Shown: piece by piece, positions 10,153 to 20,677 of the stretch
Layout of the letters: every line of letters begins with the position of its first letter
How positions within the stretch are numbered: position 1 is the stretch's first letter
Origin: Candidatus Latescibacterota bacterium
GTDB lineage: Bacteria; Latescibacterota; UBA2968
NCBI GenBank assembly: GCA_965116885.1
Contig: OZ220741.1
Coordinates: 416,001-480,000 of the forward strand
Reading direction: 5' to 3'
DNA: 64,000 bases
Notes under the pieces: generated by a model
Told to the model about the DNA's origin: nothing
The model's database searches: none
The model's input: only the letters and a program-made list of their open reading frames with translations
Made by a program: the position numbers and the translations under genes

Positions 10153-11943
10153 TTATCGGTATTGAAATTCCGGCGACCCCAGCAACATACTGATCACCTG
10201 AACCTCTTTGCGTTCGGCATCAGCGGGAATCGTCTGTTTAACCTCTGACGCAATAGCACTGGTATCCTGTGCTGGCAACAGCAACTTGCTATACATCGCC
10301 AATGCCTCTTCCGTTGTCAGACCAGCGCTCTCCTCGGGCAATTGCTTCAATTCAATCCCTCTAATTCTGCCCGCAGCCAGATGGATACCAAAATTCATTC
10401 GCGCAATCAGCGTACCCGAATTTGCCCACGACTCGGCATAATCCGGAAAACCCGTAGGCGGCAAATAACCATACAGCGGCTCGCCCATGCGGTCAAACCA
10501 GCGCATTATCGGCTGCGGATTCTTCACATCGGCTTCCAGCGCGCGAAGAGAACTCACCACCACTTCTAACGGCGACTTCATCTTACTCCGCTTCTTCGCC
10601 TCTGCCCAAAACACGCGGGACTGCGCCAGCGTAGCCATCACAGCAGCGATATCCCCATCGGTTTTGGTAAAGGTCGCCGCCATCGCATCAATCACATCAT
10701 CTGACGGTGCATCGTTGACAAACCGACGCGCCAGTTTCGTAGAAATAAAACGCGCGGTTGAAGGATGACTGGTCAGCATATCCAGAACGCGCTCGCCCTC
10801 TTCTATGCCACCACCTGCCGGGAACTTCTCACCCAACACCACCTTGGCCTTGTCGTCGTGCCACGATTTGCGGAACACAAATTCGCCCTGAAGAATGTTA
10901 TTTTGATTCCCATTGGCCATTTGTTTTTTGATATTTTCGCGTCCCCTTCCATAAGGTGCCGCAGCCCATCCGGTCAACACACGCGCAACCTCGGTAACAT
11001 CCTGCTGCGTGTATCCACCATCCACACCCAGGGTATGCAACTCCATCAATTCGCGGGCGTAATTCTCATTCAAACCATACTTGCGCTTGCGTCTTGGCGG
11101 AGTCTGCGCCTTTGCGGGAGCCTTCTCTGGAGCTTTTGCCATCTCACCACCCATATCGCCATCCATCCCACCATCCATACCCATCTCACCCGATGCCATC
11201 TCCTTCACAGGCTCGGGCTTTGCCTGCTCTCTCTCCGATGGCGGCGCCATACGCGACTGTGCATTATCCAGATAATACAACATCGCAGGATGCTTCGCCG
11301 TCGCGCCCAAAATCACGCGGAACTTGCCCAACACATTGGGGCGAATTGCATCGCGCTCATAGGAAAGTGTGCGACTGCGCGCCCCACCATCGCGCGTGGT
11401 CACATTGAAGTGATTGAACCAGAAATCCGTCATCACCTCAGTGAGCTGATTCTCGCTATACACCGCCCGCATCAGCTTCTGTCCCTTCAGTTCCTGATTG
11501 GACAGCATGCCATAGGGACGCAACCCGTGCTCTTTGCGATACGCGTTTATCTTTTCATTCATCTCCTTGCGAGGCGTCTTCGCGGGATCAATCAACCCCG
11601 CTTTCGCCACCATTCTGCGAATCCGCCCATTATTCACATAAACTTTAGACATCTCTTCCTGGGTCATTTTCAGGGCGGGAAACGCCTCCAGCCGTTTCTC
11701 CAACTCGGCATCCGGCAAATTGCCCTTCAACTGCTGAGCCAGCCACTTCTCTGGACCCATCTTTGCCACTTTTTCCACTTCACCTGGACGCGCACCAAAG
11801 GCAAAACGCTCCAGAAGATACGCTGCAGCCTGCTCCTTACTCAGCCCCTCTGCCTTGTAGGGCAGTTGTAAATCGGCATTTGCCGGAGCTACCGCAAGCA
11901 GCGCACCGCAGCACAAAACAGCAAGTGCAACGCGCAATATCAT
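10153..11943 (-). CDS. DUF1800 family exported protein, paralog 1
   Basis: Same motifs; start MILRV with AGGAGG RBS. Confidence 0.9.
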   Translation of the reverse strand: MILRVALAVLCCGALLAVAPANADLQLPYKAEGLSKEQAAAYLLERFAFGARPGEVEKVAKMGPEKWLAQQLKGNLPDAELEKRLEAFPALKMTQEEMSKVYVNNGRIRRMVAKAGLIDPAKTPRKEMNEKINAYRKEHGLRPYGMLSNQELKGQKLMRAVYSENQLTEVMTDFWFNHFNVTTRDGGARSRTLSYERDAIRPNVLGKFRVILGATAKHPAMLYYLDNAQSRMAPPSEREQAKPEPVKEMASGEMGMDGGMDGDMGGEMAKAPEKAPAKAQTPPRRKRKYGLNENYARELMELHTLGVDGGYTQQDVTEVARVLTGWAAAPYGRGRENIKKQMANGNQNNILQGEFVFRKSWHDDKAKVVLGEKFPAGGGIEEGERVLDMLTSHPSTARFISTKLARRFVNDAPSDDVIDAMAATFTKTDGDIAAVMATLAQSRVFWAEAKKRSKMKSPLEVVVSSLRALEADVKNPQPIMRWFDRMGEPLYGYLPPTGFPDYAESWANSGTLIARMNFGIHLAAGRIRGIELKQLPEESAGLTTEEALAMYSKLLLPAQDTSAIASEVKQTIPADAERKEVQVISMLLGSPEFQYR

Positions 11944-11976
11944 AGCAACCCTCCTTGAAAATTCCCCAAAGGGAAT

Positions 11977-12069
11977 GGCATTGTGAATATTTAATATAAA
12001 ATATATCACAATGCCTAATGGTGCAATGCAATTATACAATTATATACAACACTATACAATTTTATACAA
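11977..12069. promoter_or_regulatory. Candidate operator region of the DUF1800/DUF1501 cluster
   Basis: Perfect inverted repeat GGCATTGTGA-N19-TCACAATGCC (11977-12015) and TATACAA x4 at exact 10-bp spacing (12033, 12043, 12053, 12063). Confidence 0.6.
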
Positions 12070-12079
12070 TTCTATTTTC

Positions 12080-13402
12080 TCAGAACAAATCTGCCGGAAC
12101 GGGCCTGACAACAATCGAGTCAACCCCAAAGCCTTCCAACTGCTGGGGATTCAGCGGGGCTTGCCTGTACTGCAGGACATAAGACGAGCCGCCCTGTGTC
12201 AGATTCACCGTCAAAATATCGCCCTCTTTGCTGAAATCCACATCGGACGCCGTCACCTGAGTCACGCTCGTGCCATCTTGTGAACCACCTCCCAATGTGC
12301 CCCTGATCACGGGTACGCCATTTTGAATCACATATCCCGTACGCCTGTTGAAAAACCGGTCTTCATCGGCATGTGTGGAAAACTCGATCGGCCTGGCAAA
12401 CGTGATTTCCACCAGACCGTGTTCTATGACCGGGCCATTCTCTATGAGGGGATCCTCCACACCAGCGGCTGGCACATGACCAGATGGCGCGCGGTGGCGA
12501 GGACTGCGCCGCTCCAGAATAGGTATCCAATTGATGTCCAGTGAAGCCGGAATACTCGGAAATGGGTCTTCGGGATCCATCCATGTACCATTGAGGTGAG
12601 AATCTTGCAAATACCATGTGCCGGAATACGGCATGTCATGGGTATCCAATTCTGCAACCACCTCTGCCGGGGGGGCATAAATGGAATAGCGTATGCCCTG
12701 ACCGTCCTCCACCCACATAACCATCTGATGAGGACGAGGGTCTTCATAGGGCCAGGGGCTATTAAAATAAACAGCCGTTCGGAGATTGCGGTTTTCAAAC
12801 GAGCGGTTATCTGGGCTTTGAGCATTTGGAATACTAATGCGAACGCGCCCATTACCCAGCACTGTCACGCGGCTATCCTCCTCGGCGCCGGGCAGCACGC
12901 GTACCAGAGTATTGGGCTGGTTCAATGCCTGAGTCGCACTCGGCGGTGCCGGGCTTGTATAATTGCCCAAACGATTGGACAATTCACCGAACATCGGCAA
13001 CCTGGGACCGATCAGCCAAATATAAAACGCACCGAGTGACAGTCTGTTACGCTCGTGATTATTGTGATTATATTCAATGCGAAGTTGATCGCGCGAGGCA
13101 TTTACTGAACGCATATAATGCCGCACGGTTTTTTCATACGTCACAGACGCCATCGGCGGTGCTGCAAGGGGAGGATTGTACACAAATACCACCGTGCCAT
13201 AATCCGATGCCGCCGCCGTAAAAATGATATGCCGGGGCGTGCCCTGAGGCGGGTCGGCAACATCTATGGCACTGCCCCCACTCGTCCCGGAAATCAGCCG
13301 ATAGCTGCCGCGCCACTCCTCGGCAGGCTCAGTCGGGATATCTCGGGTACATCCCGCTGTACCCACCATACCAATCAGACAAAGCAATAAAAATTTACGC
13401 AT
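12080..13402 (-). CDS. Hypothetical lipoprotein
   Basis: MRKFLLLCLIGMVGTAG-C lipobox-like signal; AGGAGG RBS; long ORF. Confidence 0.75.
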   Translation of the reverse strand: MRKFLLLCLIGMVGTAGCTRDIPTEPAEEWRGSYRLISGTSGGSAIDVADPPQGTPRHIIFTAAASDYGTVVFVYNPPLAAPPMASVTYEKTVRHYMRSVNASRDQLRIEYNHNNHERNRLSLGAFYIWLIGPRLPMFGELSNRLGNYTSPAPPSATQALNQPNTLVRVLPGAEEDSRVTVLGNGRVRISIPNAQSPDNRSFENRNLRTAVYFNSPWPYEDPRPHQMVMWVEDGQGIRYSIYAPPAEVVAELDTHDMPYSGTWYLQDSHLNGTWMDPEDPFPSIPASLDINWIPILERRSPRHRAPSGHVPAAGVEDPLIENGPVIEHGLVEITFARPIEFSTHADEDRFFNRRTGYVIQNGVPVIRGTLGGGSQDGTSVTQVTASDVDFSKEGDILTVNLTQGGSSYVLQYRQAPLNPQQLEGFGVDSIVVRPVPADLF

Positions 13403-13431
13403 CTTGTGATTCCTCCTGTCGGAAGGTAGTT

Positions 13432-13457
13432 GGGACGGCACAGGGGCCGTCCCCTAC
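13432..13457 (-). repeat. GTAG-type REP palindrome, family A (GTAGGGGACGGCCCCTGTGCCGTCCC)
   Basis: Further copies at 22055-22079, 29018-29043, 46406-46431, 49143-49168, 63221-63246. Confidence 0.85.
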
Positions 13458-13460
13458 GCC

Positions 13461-14468
13461 TTAGAACGTTCCCGAAAGTGTCAAACGCAGCGGGCGCTCT
13501 TTAATCACACCGCCGATATCGCTATACGAAACATCCACACTTATCTTGCGCTCTTCGCTCACATTGAGATTCAAACCCGCGCCCACGCTCCAACTCTCCA
13601 CATCGTACCTGAACTTATAACCGGCGCGGAGTGCCAGCAGATTTTGTATCCACAACTCGCCACCAATGTGATCGCGCTCTCCATAATCGCGGAAGAACAC
13701 ATGCTCATAAGCACCCGTCAAATAAAGCGGATCGCCCTGCTTGCCCAGCAATTCCATCGCGACGGCCAGATTGTAGAAAAATGGCAGGCGATAATCCTCG
13801 GTCAGCACTTCCTTATTGCCGCCCAGGTTGCTGATGGTCATGCCCACGCGCAGGCTCTTGAAACCCGTGTAAAAAATCGTGCCGATATCAAATGTCGTGG
13901 AACTCACATTGATGATATGAAGCTGGGACCGCACATAGCGCAGGCGAAAACCCATCGAAAACTTATCGGTCAACTGCTTGGCAAAAGACGCCGCAACCGA
14001 AAAATCCCCGAGTTTGATGTTGCGCCCCGTGCCATCGGGTTGCATGGGCGTGGTCTCTTCCACATCGGGATAGGTAAACGTGCGAAAAGAGACACCCACA
14101 ACGCCTATGGGAATGCGATAGGCAAAACCCCCAGCCCCCATCTTGGTGCCCACCAGCCACTCGTTATAAGATGCCAGATATGCCATATTGTCGATATGCA
14201 CCAATCCGGCTGCATTCTGGAATATTGCGTGAATGTCGCGCGACGTACCCACATTGGCATCGGCCATGCCTGCCAGGCGCGCAGATGCCGAAATCTTCAA
14301 AAGCGCGAAGCCACTGCGCGCGATGCGGTTGCCCTTATCGCCTTCCGAGCGAAAATGCCCTTCCGCAGCTATGGGTTCCAGATCATCAAAGCCTGCCACA
14401 TCCTGAGCCATGGCACTTTGAGGGCTGAGAAAAAGCGCGATAGCCGCTATCCAAATCAAGTATTTCAT
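13461..14468 (-). CDS. PorV/PorQ family outer-membrane beta-barrel
   Basis: FALLKISASARLAGMADA, AIFQNAAGL, LALRAGY, C-terminal F; signal peptide. Confidence 0.8.
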   Translation of the reverse strand: MKYLIWIAAIALFLSPQSAMAQDVAGFDDLEPIAAEGHFRSEGDKGNRIARSGFALLKISASARLAGMADANVGTSRDIHAIFQNAAGLVHIDNMAYLASYNEWLVGTKMGAGGFAYRIPIGVVGVSFRTFTYPDVEETTPMQPDGTGRNIKLGDFSVAASFAKQLTDKFSMGFRLRYVRSQLHIINVSSTTFDIGTIFYTGFKSLRVGMTISNLGGNKEVLTEDYRLPFFYNLAVAMELLGKQGDPLYLTGAYEHVFFRDYGERDHIGGELWIQNLLALRAGYKFRYDVESWSVGAGLNLNVSEERKISVDVSYSDIGGVIKERPLRLTLSGTF

Positions 14469-14495
14469 AATTTGCTCCTCAATAATGACCAATGA

Positions 14496-17240
14496 TCAAT
14501 TGACAATCACAAACAGACCCTTCTGGATCTGACCCTCACTCGAGGGATGGTGCGACTCAATCGCCCAGATATACGTACCCGCATTCAGACGACCGCGCGT
14601 ATTGGCATTCAAACCCACCGTATGCGTATCCCACTCGATCTCACCGCGCGCCACCGGGTTGCCCCGCTGCGGGTCGAGCGTATCAAAGGTCTGGCGCCAG
14701 GCCAGATCGCCCGTCAGCGTGTAGATATACAGCGTACACCTGCTCGGCACATTGACCCACCGGATGCGAGGCGCACCATAGCTGTGCTCATCCCTGCCCT
14801 GTACCCAGGGATTGGGCACCACCTTGATCGGCAGCGACATGGTTTCGTTTTCATTGTTCAACAAAGCAGAAGTCAGCCGAGGCACAAGGCCATTGGCGGG
14901 GAATAAGTACTGATTGCGCTCATCGGAATGCCCGGTTTCCAATCCCTGCTCATCAAAAGCGCGTATCGAATAGTGATAGATAAAACCGATATCGGGTTCT
15001 GGATCGATAAACCTGTAGGTACCCCAGCGGAAGGGACCATCGACCTCAGCTTCGGCAGGATCTTCCTGACCTTCTGCCCAGGGTTGATTGTCAAAAGAAG
15101 CCCCTGCAGGCGCATCTGAGGGCAACTGGCGTTCTCCCTCGGGTCCCACGGCTTTGGGGATTGTCGCCAGCAATTTCCACGGACCAGCCCGCATAAAATC
15201 AGAGCGATAGATCCGATAACCCAGCACATCGGGACGCCCCAGGTCCGGATCGATCGCCGTATCGGCAATGCCAGACCAGTCCAGTTCGAGATTGCCTTGC
15301 AGGTTTGTAGCCCCATTCACCTTCACATCGGGCGGCTGGTTAAGCCCGTCAAAGCCCAGGTCATATAGCTTTTGCGCCTCATTGCCGTGTGCATAAATCG
15401 CTTCCAGACCCAATTCCAATTCGGGAACCAGACTCTGCTGCTGCCAGTTCCACTCGTAGGGACGCGCGTACCCGCTGGTATCCATGCGATATTTTGCAGA
15501 ATTGGACCCCATACCCCCTACATAGGCGATCACCACTTTGGCTTTGTCGCCGGGACCCAGGATATAAGGACCATAAACCTGTGCATCGATCCACGCACCC
15601 AATTCGTCATTGTCGTGGTACTGCACCATGCGGTCTGTATCATTTTCTCCGAGCACACCAGCGGCATCGCTATAGATGTCGAACAAGTGATTCTCGCCGT
15701 GCGTACCCCCATGCGGATCATCGCCCAGTGCCGAAGAATACATACGCCATCTGAACACAGCGTGAGGCTGTGGACCTTGCGGTGTCACATAACCGCCCCT
15801 TCTATCCAGCGCATTGAAGGGATGATCGGATGTACCCGTCGCAATCGGCATCATCCCGATATACTGCGGAGAAAGCAACGTGCCATCCTTAAAATTGGAT
15901 GTTGACACGTACTGATGCTGTGCGCGGGACCGGGTATAAGGCTCCCCGTAGTCATCCCACAATCGGGCAACCGCATCGCCATCATAGATATAAGTCAGAT
16001 GCATCGGCGAGCCCTTGTAGTTGTAGGCATATTCCGGATGATCGTAATTCTCCGCCTGTGTATAGCGCCAGTAATCGTCTTGCGTGGAGGGCTGCACAAA
16101 ATTCCAGGCATTCGAGTTCGATCCCCCGGCAGGCACCCAGTCAGCACCTGTCTTGCTGGCGATAAACCCATTCTTAACAACGATATAAACTTCGTCGAGT
16201 TGTTTGGGATACCCGGGATCAGTGACGCCATCGCCATCTGTATCGCCATTATTCCAGAATTCCATCTCTGTGATCAAGAAGTCGTCATAATCACCCGTGG
16301 TCATAATCGAAGACTGCTTGCCATCTGGCGTTGGCACCGGGATCATCACGTCATTATCCGTACCCGGCGTGGAATACGCATGCACCATCCGCTTCACCGA
16401 AATGCCCGAAGCCTGCGACCAGCCCGTCACCAGCAGATTTTCGCCGAACAACTCGGGCGACAAACGCGGATCATTGTGACTGACGCCATTTGAACGCATC
16501 TGATTCAACCCGGCGCGCACCCTGTTGTAGGACGACTCCAGCATCTGCTTGAATCCCTCTTTGCTCAGCGGATAAAACCCGTAACCCCAGTTATAATAAT
16601 CTATTGGCTCCACTTTGTCCGGACCAGGCGGAAAACCGCGTTGTCCCAGACCGCCATAGGTGCCGACAGCATACTGGTATTCCACAGGCTCGCCATTCAC
16701 AAAATTGTGCGTGATCCTCATATTTCTCATGCGGGGCCAGTAAAGCGCGGCATTCTGTCCATAATTGAACAGATTAAAAGGACGACCACCAGACCGCCAC
16801 ACAGACCGCCAGATCGCTGCAATGCTCTCGACATTGTTGCGCGGATTGTGCTGGATCGGGAAAATATCTGCGGATGGCTGGCGGGGACCTCCCTGAGACA
16901 CATATTTATGTCCATCGTCTGTGCGCGCCATCACCCACACGCCATTGCCACGCGAACAATCCTGTCGATTAAACCGGTTCACAATACCCGACCGATAAGT
17001 CGAAGTCCACCGTCCGGGATAAGCCATGCCCACTTCGGGACCAAAGATGTTGCCACCATCCAGCGAATGCCCCAGGGTGCCATTATTACGCATCGACAAC
17101 CAGAGCTTCGAGCGATTGGTCGTGCGGCGGCGCGTGCGCTGTTGCGCCTCGGCATCGATTATTGTCCACAATTCCGATGCCCCCCACAGCACCACAAAGG
17201 CGAGCAACACCCGCGTAAATCTCTTAAATATCCGTTGCAT
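14496..17240 (-). CDS. Large secreted protein with FN3-like region and T9SS-like C-terminal domain
   Basis: Signal peptide (AEA); GYRIYRS; IKVVPNP...IYTLTGDL...IEWD...AGTYIWAIE...KGLFVIVN. Confidence 0.75.
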   Translation of the reverse strand: MQRIFKRFTRVLLAFVVLWGASELWTIIDAEAQQRTRRRTTNRSKLWLSMRNNGTLGHSLDGGNIFGPEVGMAYPGRWTSTYRSGIVNRFNRQDCSRGNGVWVMARTDDGHKYVSQGGPRQPSADIFPIQHNPRNNVESIAAIWRSVWRSGGRPFNLFNYGQNAALYWPRMRNMRITHNFVNGEPVEYQYAVGTYGGLGQRGFPPGPDKVEPIDYYNWGYGFYPLSKEGFKQMLESSYNRVRAGLNQMRSNGVSHNDPRLSPELFGENLLVTGWSQASGISVKRMVHAYSTPGTDNDVMIPVPTPDGKQSSIMTTGDYDDFLITEMEFWNNGDTDGDGVTDPGYPKQLDEVYIVVKNGFIASKTGADWVPAGGSNSNAWNFVQPSTQDDYWRYTQAENYDHPEYAYNYKGSPMHLTYIYDGDAVARLWDDYGEPYTRSRAQHQYVSTSNFKDGTLLSPQYIGMMPIATGTSDHPFNALDRRGGYVTPQGPQPHAVFRWRMYSSALGDDPHGGTHGENHLFDIYSDAAGVLGENDTDRMVQYHDNDELGAWIDAQVYGPYILGPGDKAKVVIAYVGGMGSNSAKYRMDTSGYARPYEWNWQQQSLVPELELGLEAIYAHGNEAQKLYDLGFDGLNQPPDVKVNGATNLQGNLELDWSGIADTAIDPDLGRPDVLGYRIYRSDFMRAGPWKLLATIPKAVGPEGERQLPSDAPAGASFDNQPWAEGQEDPAEAEVDGPFRWGTYRFIDPEPDIGFIYHYSIRAFDEQGLETGHSDERNQYLFPANGLVPRLTSALLNNENETMSLPIKVVPNPWVQGRDEHSYGAPRIRWVNVPSRCTLYIYTLTGDLAWRQTFDTLDPQRGNPVARGEIEWDTHTVGLNANTRGRLNAGTYIWAIESHHPSSEGQIQKGLFVIVN

Positions 17241-17321
17241 AAGCTAACTCCTTATTACCTACCCCCCGGCCCCCTTCCTCAAAGGAAGGGGGAGCGGGAT
17301 CTATTGAAGGGTTGGGTTAGA

Positions 17322-20300
17322 TTAGAATCTCATCCTCAAACCAAAGTGAAACTCGCGAGGGGAATCCTGGTGGCGCAGATAATCACCCACATCGCCGTAT
17401 TCGATATATTCGGGGTTGTCCGGCAGTGGCGTGTAAATCACACCCCATTCCACGTATTCAGACCCCACTTCCACCAGCTGATTATCCACGCGATAACTGA
17501 TATGCGGGTCTTTCTGGTTGAAGAGATTAAAGGCTTCGAAGAAAGCTGTCACACTCGCGCGCCTGTTGAACTTAAATGTCTTCTCAAAGTTGAGATCTGT
17601 GCGCGTGTGAATCGGACCATTGTAGAAACCTTCGCCGCCTCTTTCCGGCGGAGAATAGAAGAACCTGCGCCCCGTAAACAGGCGATACACCACATTCAGG
17701 CGCAGATTTTCAAACGGGTTGAAGCCCACAAAGCGCGGACCAAACTTGCTGGGCGACGTAAACATAAATGTCACCGTGCCAAAGTTGGTTCGGTTCAGAT
17801 TGGCGGGCCGGAACTCCTGAGACTGGTTATTGCGCTGCAACCAGGTCGAGGCACCTTTGCCATCCCAGTTGAGCAGGCTGTTTTCCGGATCCAGCGACCA
17901 GTTGTTGCGCCCAACAGCATCTTCGATCAGTTCGAGTTGATTGCGCGTGTTGTTGCCAAAGGCATTTCCCCGTTGCCAGCGCGTAAGACCATCCATGGGC
18001 CGCGGGAACTCTTCGCCCGTATCACTGCCATCGACAATACCGGGACCATAAACACCTTCTTCGGTAAGAAAATCACCGTCGCCATTGGAATCGTGTGTCC
18101 ACTCATACCAGTAATGCGACAGGTAATTGCCCTCGTTGTCGATATAGCCGGCATAATTGCCGAAGTTCGACGGATTCTTGGTCGCCAACCTGTCTGGATT
18201 GACATAGTGATGGCCGCGAACACCCGAGTTGCCATTTTCAACCCACTGCACATTGTAGGCAATCGTGAACGCCGTCATATAGTTGAATTTCTTTTTCACT
18301 GACAACTCAAAACCGCGCGTGTCGCGGTTATTCGTCTGACCCGATCCATTCACCGACCTTTGATGCTGCAAACCCTGAGATTGGTGGCGATAGCTACCAC
18401 CACTGCGGCGGTTGATTTGCTGCTTGTAATACGCAGTCAAACCCGCCGTGTAATCCGTGATGAAATTCCAGTCTGCACCCACTTCAAAACTCGTGGTCAC
18501 CAGCGGCACAATTTTGGGCCATCCCCACTGCCCCGCATCCACGACATCCAGTGTGTTGTTTATCTCAGACTCGTCAATCTGACCATTCTTGTTTACATCC
18601 AGAAATTCCTCTTCGGTGCGGTAGCTGTGTGAGAAAATCCACCAGAACTGCTCAATCTGTTCAAACTTGCCAAAAGTGAAGTGCATCGCGCTGCTCTCCG
18701 TAATCGGATGCGACACACCCACGCGAGGCGACAGCACCTGGATTGCTCCCGGACGATAGGTCGGGATATTCTCTATCTTTGTCGGATCGTGATACTTGTA
18801 CAGAGAAAGAAAATATTCCGATTGCGGCATCTCGGTATTCGGGCTCCAGCGCAAGCCGCGCAAGCCCACATTCACCACAATCCCTTCAAACTCCATCTTG
18901 TCCTGGAAATACACGGCGTATTGACGCGGCACCACGCCGACATTGGGATTGTTGAACTGGCTGTAGTACCGCTCAATCAAACCCCTGAAGTCGTTTTTGT
19001 TGCGAGAGAAACCCCAGTTGTCGTAGAACAAAAAGTCAATACCCGTTTTAATGAAGTGCCCCTTGGTTACCTGGCTGGAATAATCGACTTTGAGCTGATA
19101 GCGGTCGCGCTCCGAATTTGTCCAGTTCACCACCGGGCGGCCAATGTAAAACCAGCCAGAGTCATTGCCAATACCCGGCTCGACATAGGGCTGACCTGTA
19201 TTGAACGGCAGTTCCGTATTCACTTCAGTTGTGCGGGAATACGAGAATCGAATTTCGTAAAAGGTGCGCGCCGACAGCGTGTGCGTCAAAGACGCGTAAT
19301 TCATAAAATCGCGCGTGCGCAACTTGCCCGCCCCCGAGTATTCGGCAGGCACGAAGAGATTGCGACCAGAAGAGTTCATATTCTTGCGCGAACCCTGTTC
19401 AATGCGCCGAATAACGCCCGCATTGTACCGAGAACGCTGATTGAACAGAGAACCGTAGTTAAATCTGATGTTGTTACTCGGTCGATACGTCAGCTTCAAA
19501 TTCGTGCGGTTGTTGAACAATGATACCGCCGTGGGCGCGGGAAAAGAAGACGGATTGCGATTCATCGAAGACGTCACCGTGAAGCCCAGCTTTCTCATAA
19601 TCGGACCACCCAGCATGGCTTCGCCACGACCACCCCACACACCCGTGTAATCCTGGCGCTCGTGAACCTTGCGCTGGACATCGTCGGTGGCAAACTGAGA
19701 ATCGGTTATTTCTCCCGTCTGATTGTCGTGCCCCAGAATACCGTCGGTACCCGGGAACCACGCTTGCAAGTTTTCCCACTCGGGATTGCCCCACTGCATC
19801 CTGCCGCGATGCACGGGCGACTCATACACATTGTTGCCCCAGTGCTTCTGCCCGGGAGGCGTAATGCGATATTCACCCCTGCCCGTGTACCTTTGACCCC
19901 CTTCTTTGGTCACCACCGAAACCACAGAACCCGCATTGCCGTACTCCGCATTCATTCCACCACTCAACACCGTCAGTTCTTGCACGGCACTCGTGTTCAC
20001 ACCCTGAAACCGCGTAAATCCGGCACGCGCATCGTTATTCACCACGCGCACCCCATCGACCATATACGCCGTCTCCCAGAAGTTACCACCGCGAACACTC
20101 TCCTCTTCATCCGGGGTCACGCCCGCCTGCAACTCCACAAAGTCCGACATCTCGCGAACGATCGGCAACGACTCAATCTCTTCTGCCGTAATAACGGATT
20201 TACTCTCCGTCTTGTCGTGCTCCACTGCCGGACGCTCGGCAACGACGATCATCTCGCCCAATTGGAGCGCTTCTTCCTGCATCTCAAAGTTCACCGTCGT

Positions 20301-20600
20301 GGTATGGTCAACATTGACCACCACACCCGTGCGAACAGACTTTGAATACCCCATCATAACGACTTCAACATCATAGGTCCCCGGAGGTATATTGATGATA
20401 AAGTATTCACCCTCTTCATCGGTGATCCCGGCGCGTTTCACGCCATCGATATCGATCACCACATTGGCACCGGGCAGCGGATCACCTGTAATCTCAGTGA
20501 CCTGTCCACTGATTTTACCCCTTGTGGACGCTTCTGTCAATCCGGTGCTGATCACCAGAGCGACCAACAGCCCCAGACAACAAAATAATCGCTTGCTCAT
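17322..20600 (-). CDS. TonB-dependent receptor with N-terminal carboxypeptidase-regulatory-like domain
   Basis: GKISGQV...PLPGANV...GEYFIINIPPGTY; plug SVRGG...YMVDGV...GGMNAEYG; ends GLRMRF. Confidence 0.9.
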   Translation of the reverse strand: MSKRLFCCLGLLVALVISTGLTEASTRGKISGQVTEITGDPLPGANVVIDIDGVKRAGITDEEGEYFIINIPPGTYDVEVVMMGYSKSVRTGVVVNVDHTTTVNFEMQEEALQLGEMIVVAERPAVEHDKTESKSVITAEEIESLPIVREMSDFVELQAGVTPDEEESVRGGNFWETAYMVDGVRVVNNDARAGFTRFQGVNTSAVQELTVLSGGMNAEYGNAGSVVSVVTKEGGQRYTGRGEYRITPPGQKHWGNNVYESPVHRGRMQWGNPEWENLQAWFPGTDGILGHDNQTGEITDSQFATDDVQRKVHERQDYTGVWGGRGEAMLGGPIMRKLGFTVTSSMNRNPSSFPAPTAVSLFNNRTNLKLTYRPSNNIRFNYGSLFNQRSRYNAGVIRRIEQGSRKNMNSSGRNLFVPAEYSGAGKLRTRDFMNYASLTHTLSARTFYEIRFSYSRTTEVNTELPFNTGQPYVEPGIGNDSGWFYIGRPVVNWTNSERDRYQLKVDYSSQVTKGHFIKTGIDFLFYDNWGFSRNKNDFRGLIERYYSQFNNPNVGVVPRQYAVYFQDKMEFEGIVVNVGLRGLRWSPNTEMPQSEYFLSLYKYHDPTKIENIPTYRPGAIQVLSPRVGVSHPITESSAMHFTFGKFEQIEQFWWIFSHSYRTEEEFLDVNKNGQIDESEINNTLDVVDAGQWGWPKIVPLVTTSFEVGADWNFITDYTAGLTAYYKQQINRRSGGSYRHQSQGLQHQRSVNGSGQTNNRDTRGFELSVKKKFNYMTAFTIAYNVQWVENGNSGVRGHHYVNPDRLATKNPSNFGNYAGYIDNEGNYLSHYWYEWTHDSNGDGDFLTEEGVYGPGIVDGSDTGEEFPRPMDGLTRWQRGNAFGNNTRNQLELIEDAVGRNNWSLDPENSLLNWDGKGASTWLQRNNQSQEFRPANLNRTNFGTVTFMFTSPSKFGPRFVGFNPFENLRLNVVYRLFTGRRFFYSPPERGGEGFYNGPIHTRTDLNFEKTFKFNRRASVTAFFEAFNLFNQKDPHISYRVDNQLVEVGSEYVEWGVIYTPLPDNPEYIEYGDVGDYLRHQDSPREFHFGLRMRF

Positions 20601-20677
20601 TTACGACCCTCCATAAAAAATGGTGAGTGGAGATGGTCCAGTTCCCCATACTGGAGAACTGAATCTCTATTTACTCA

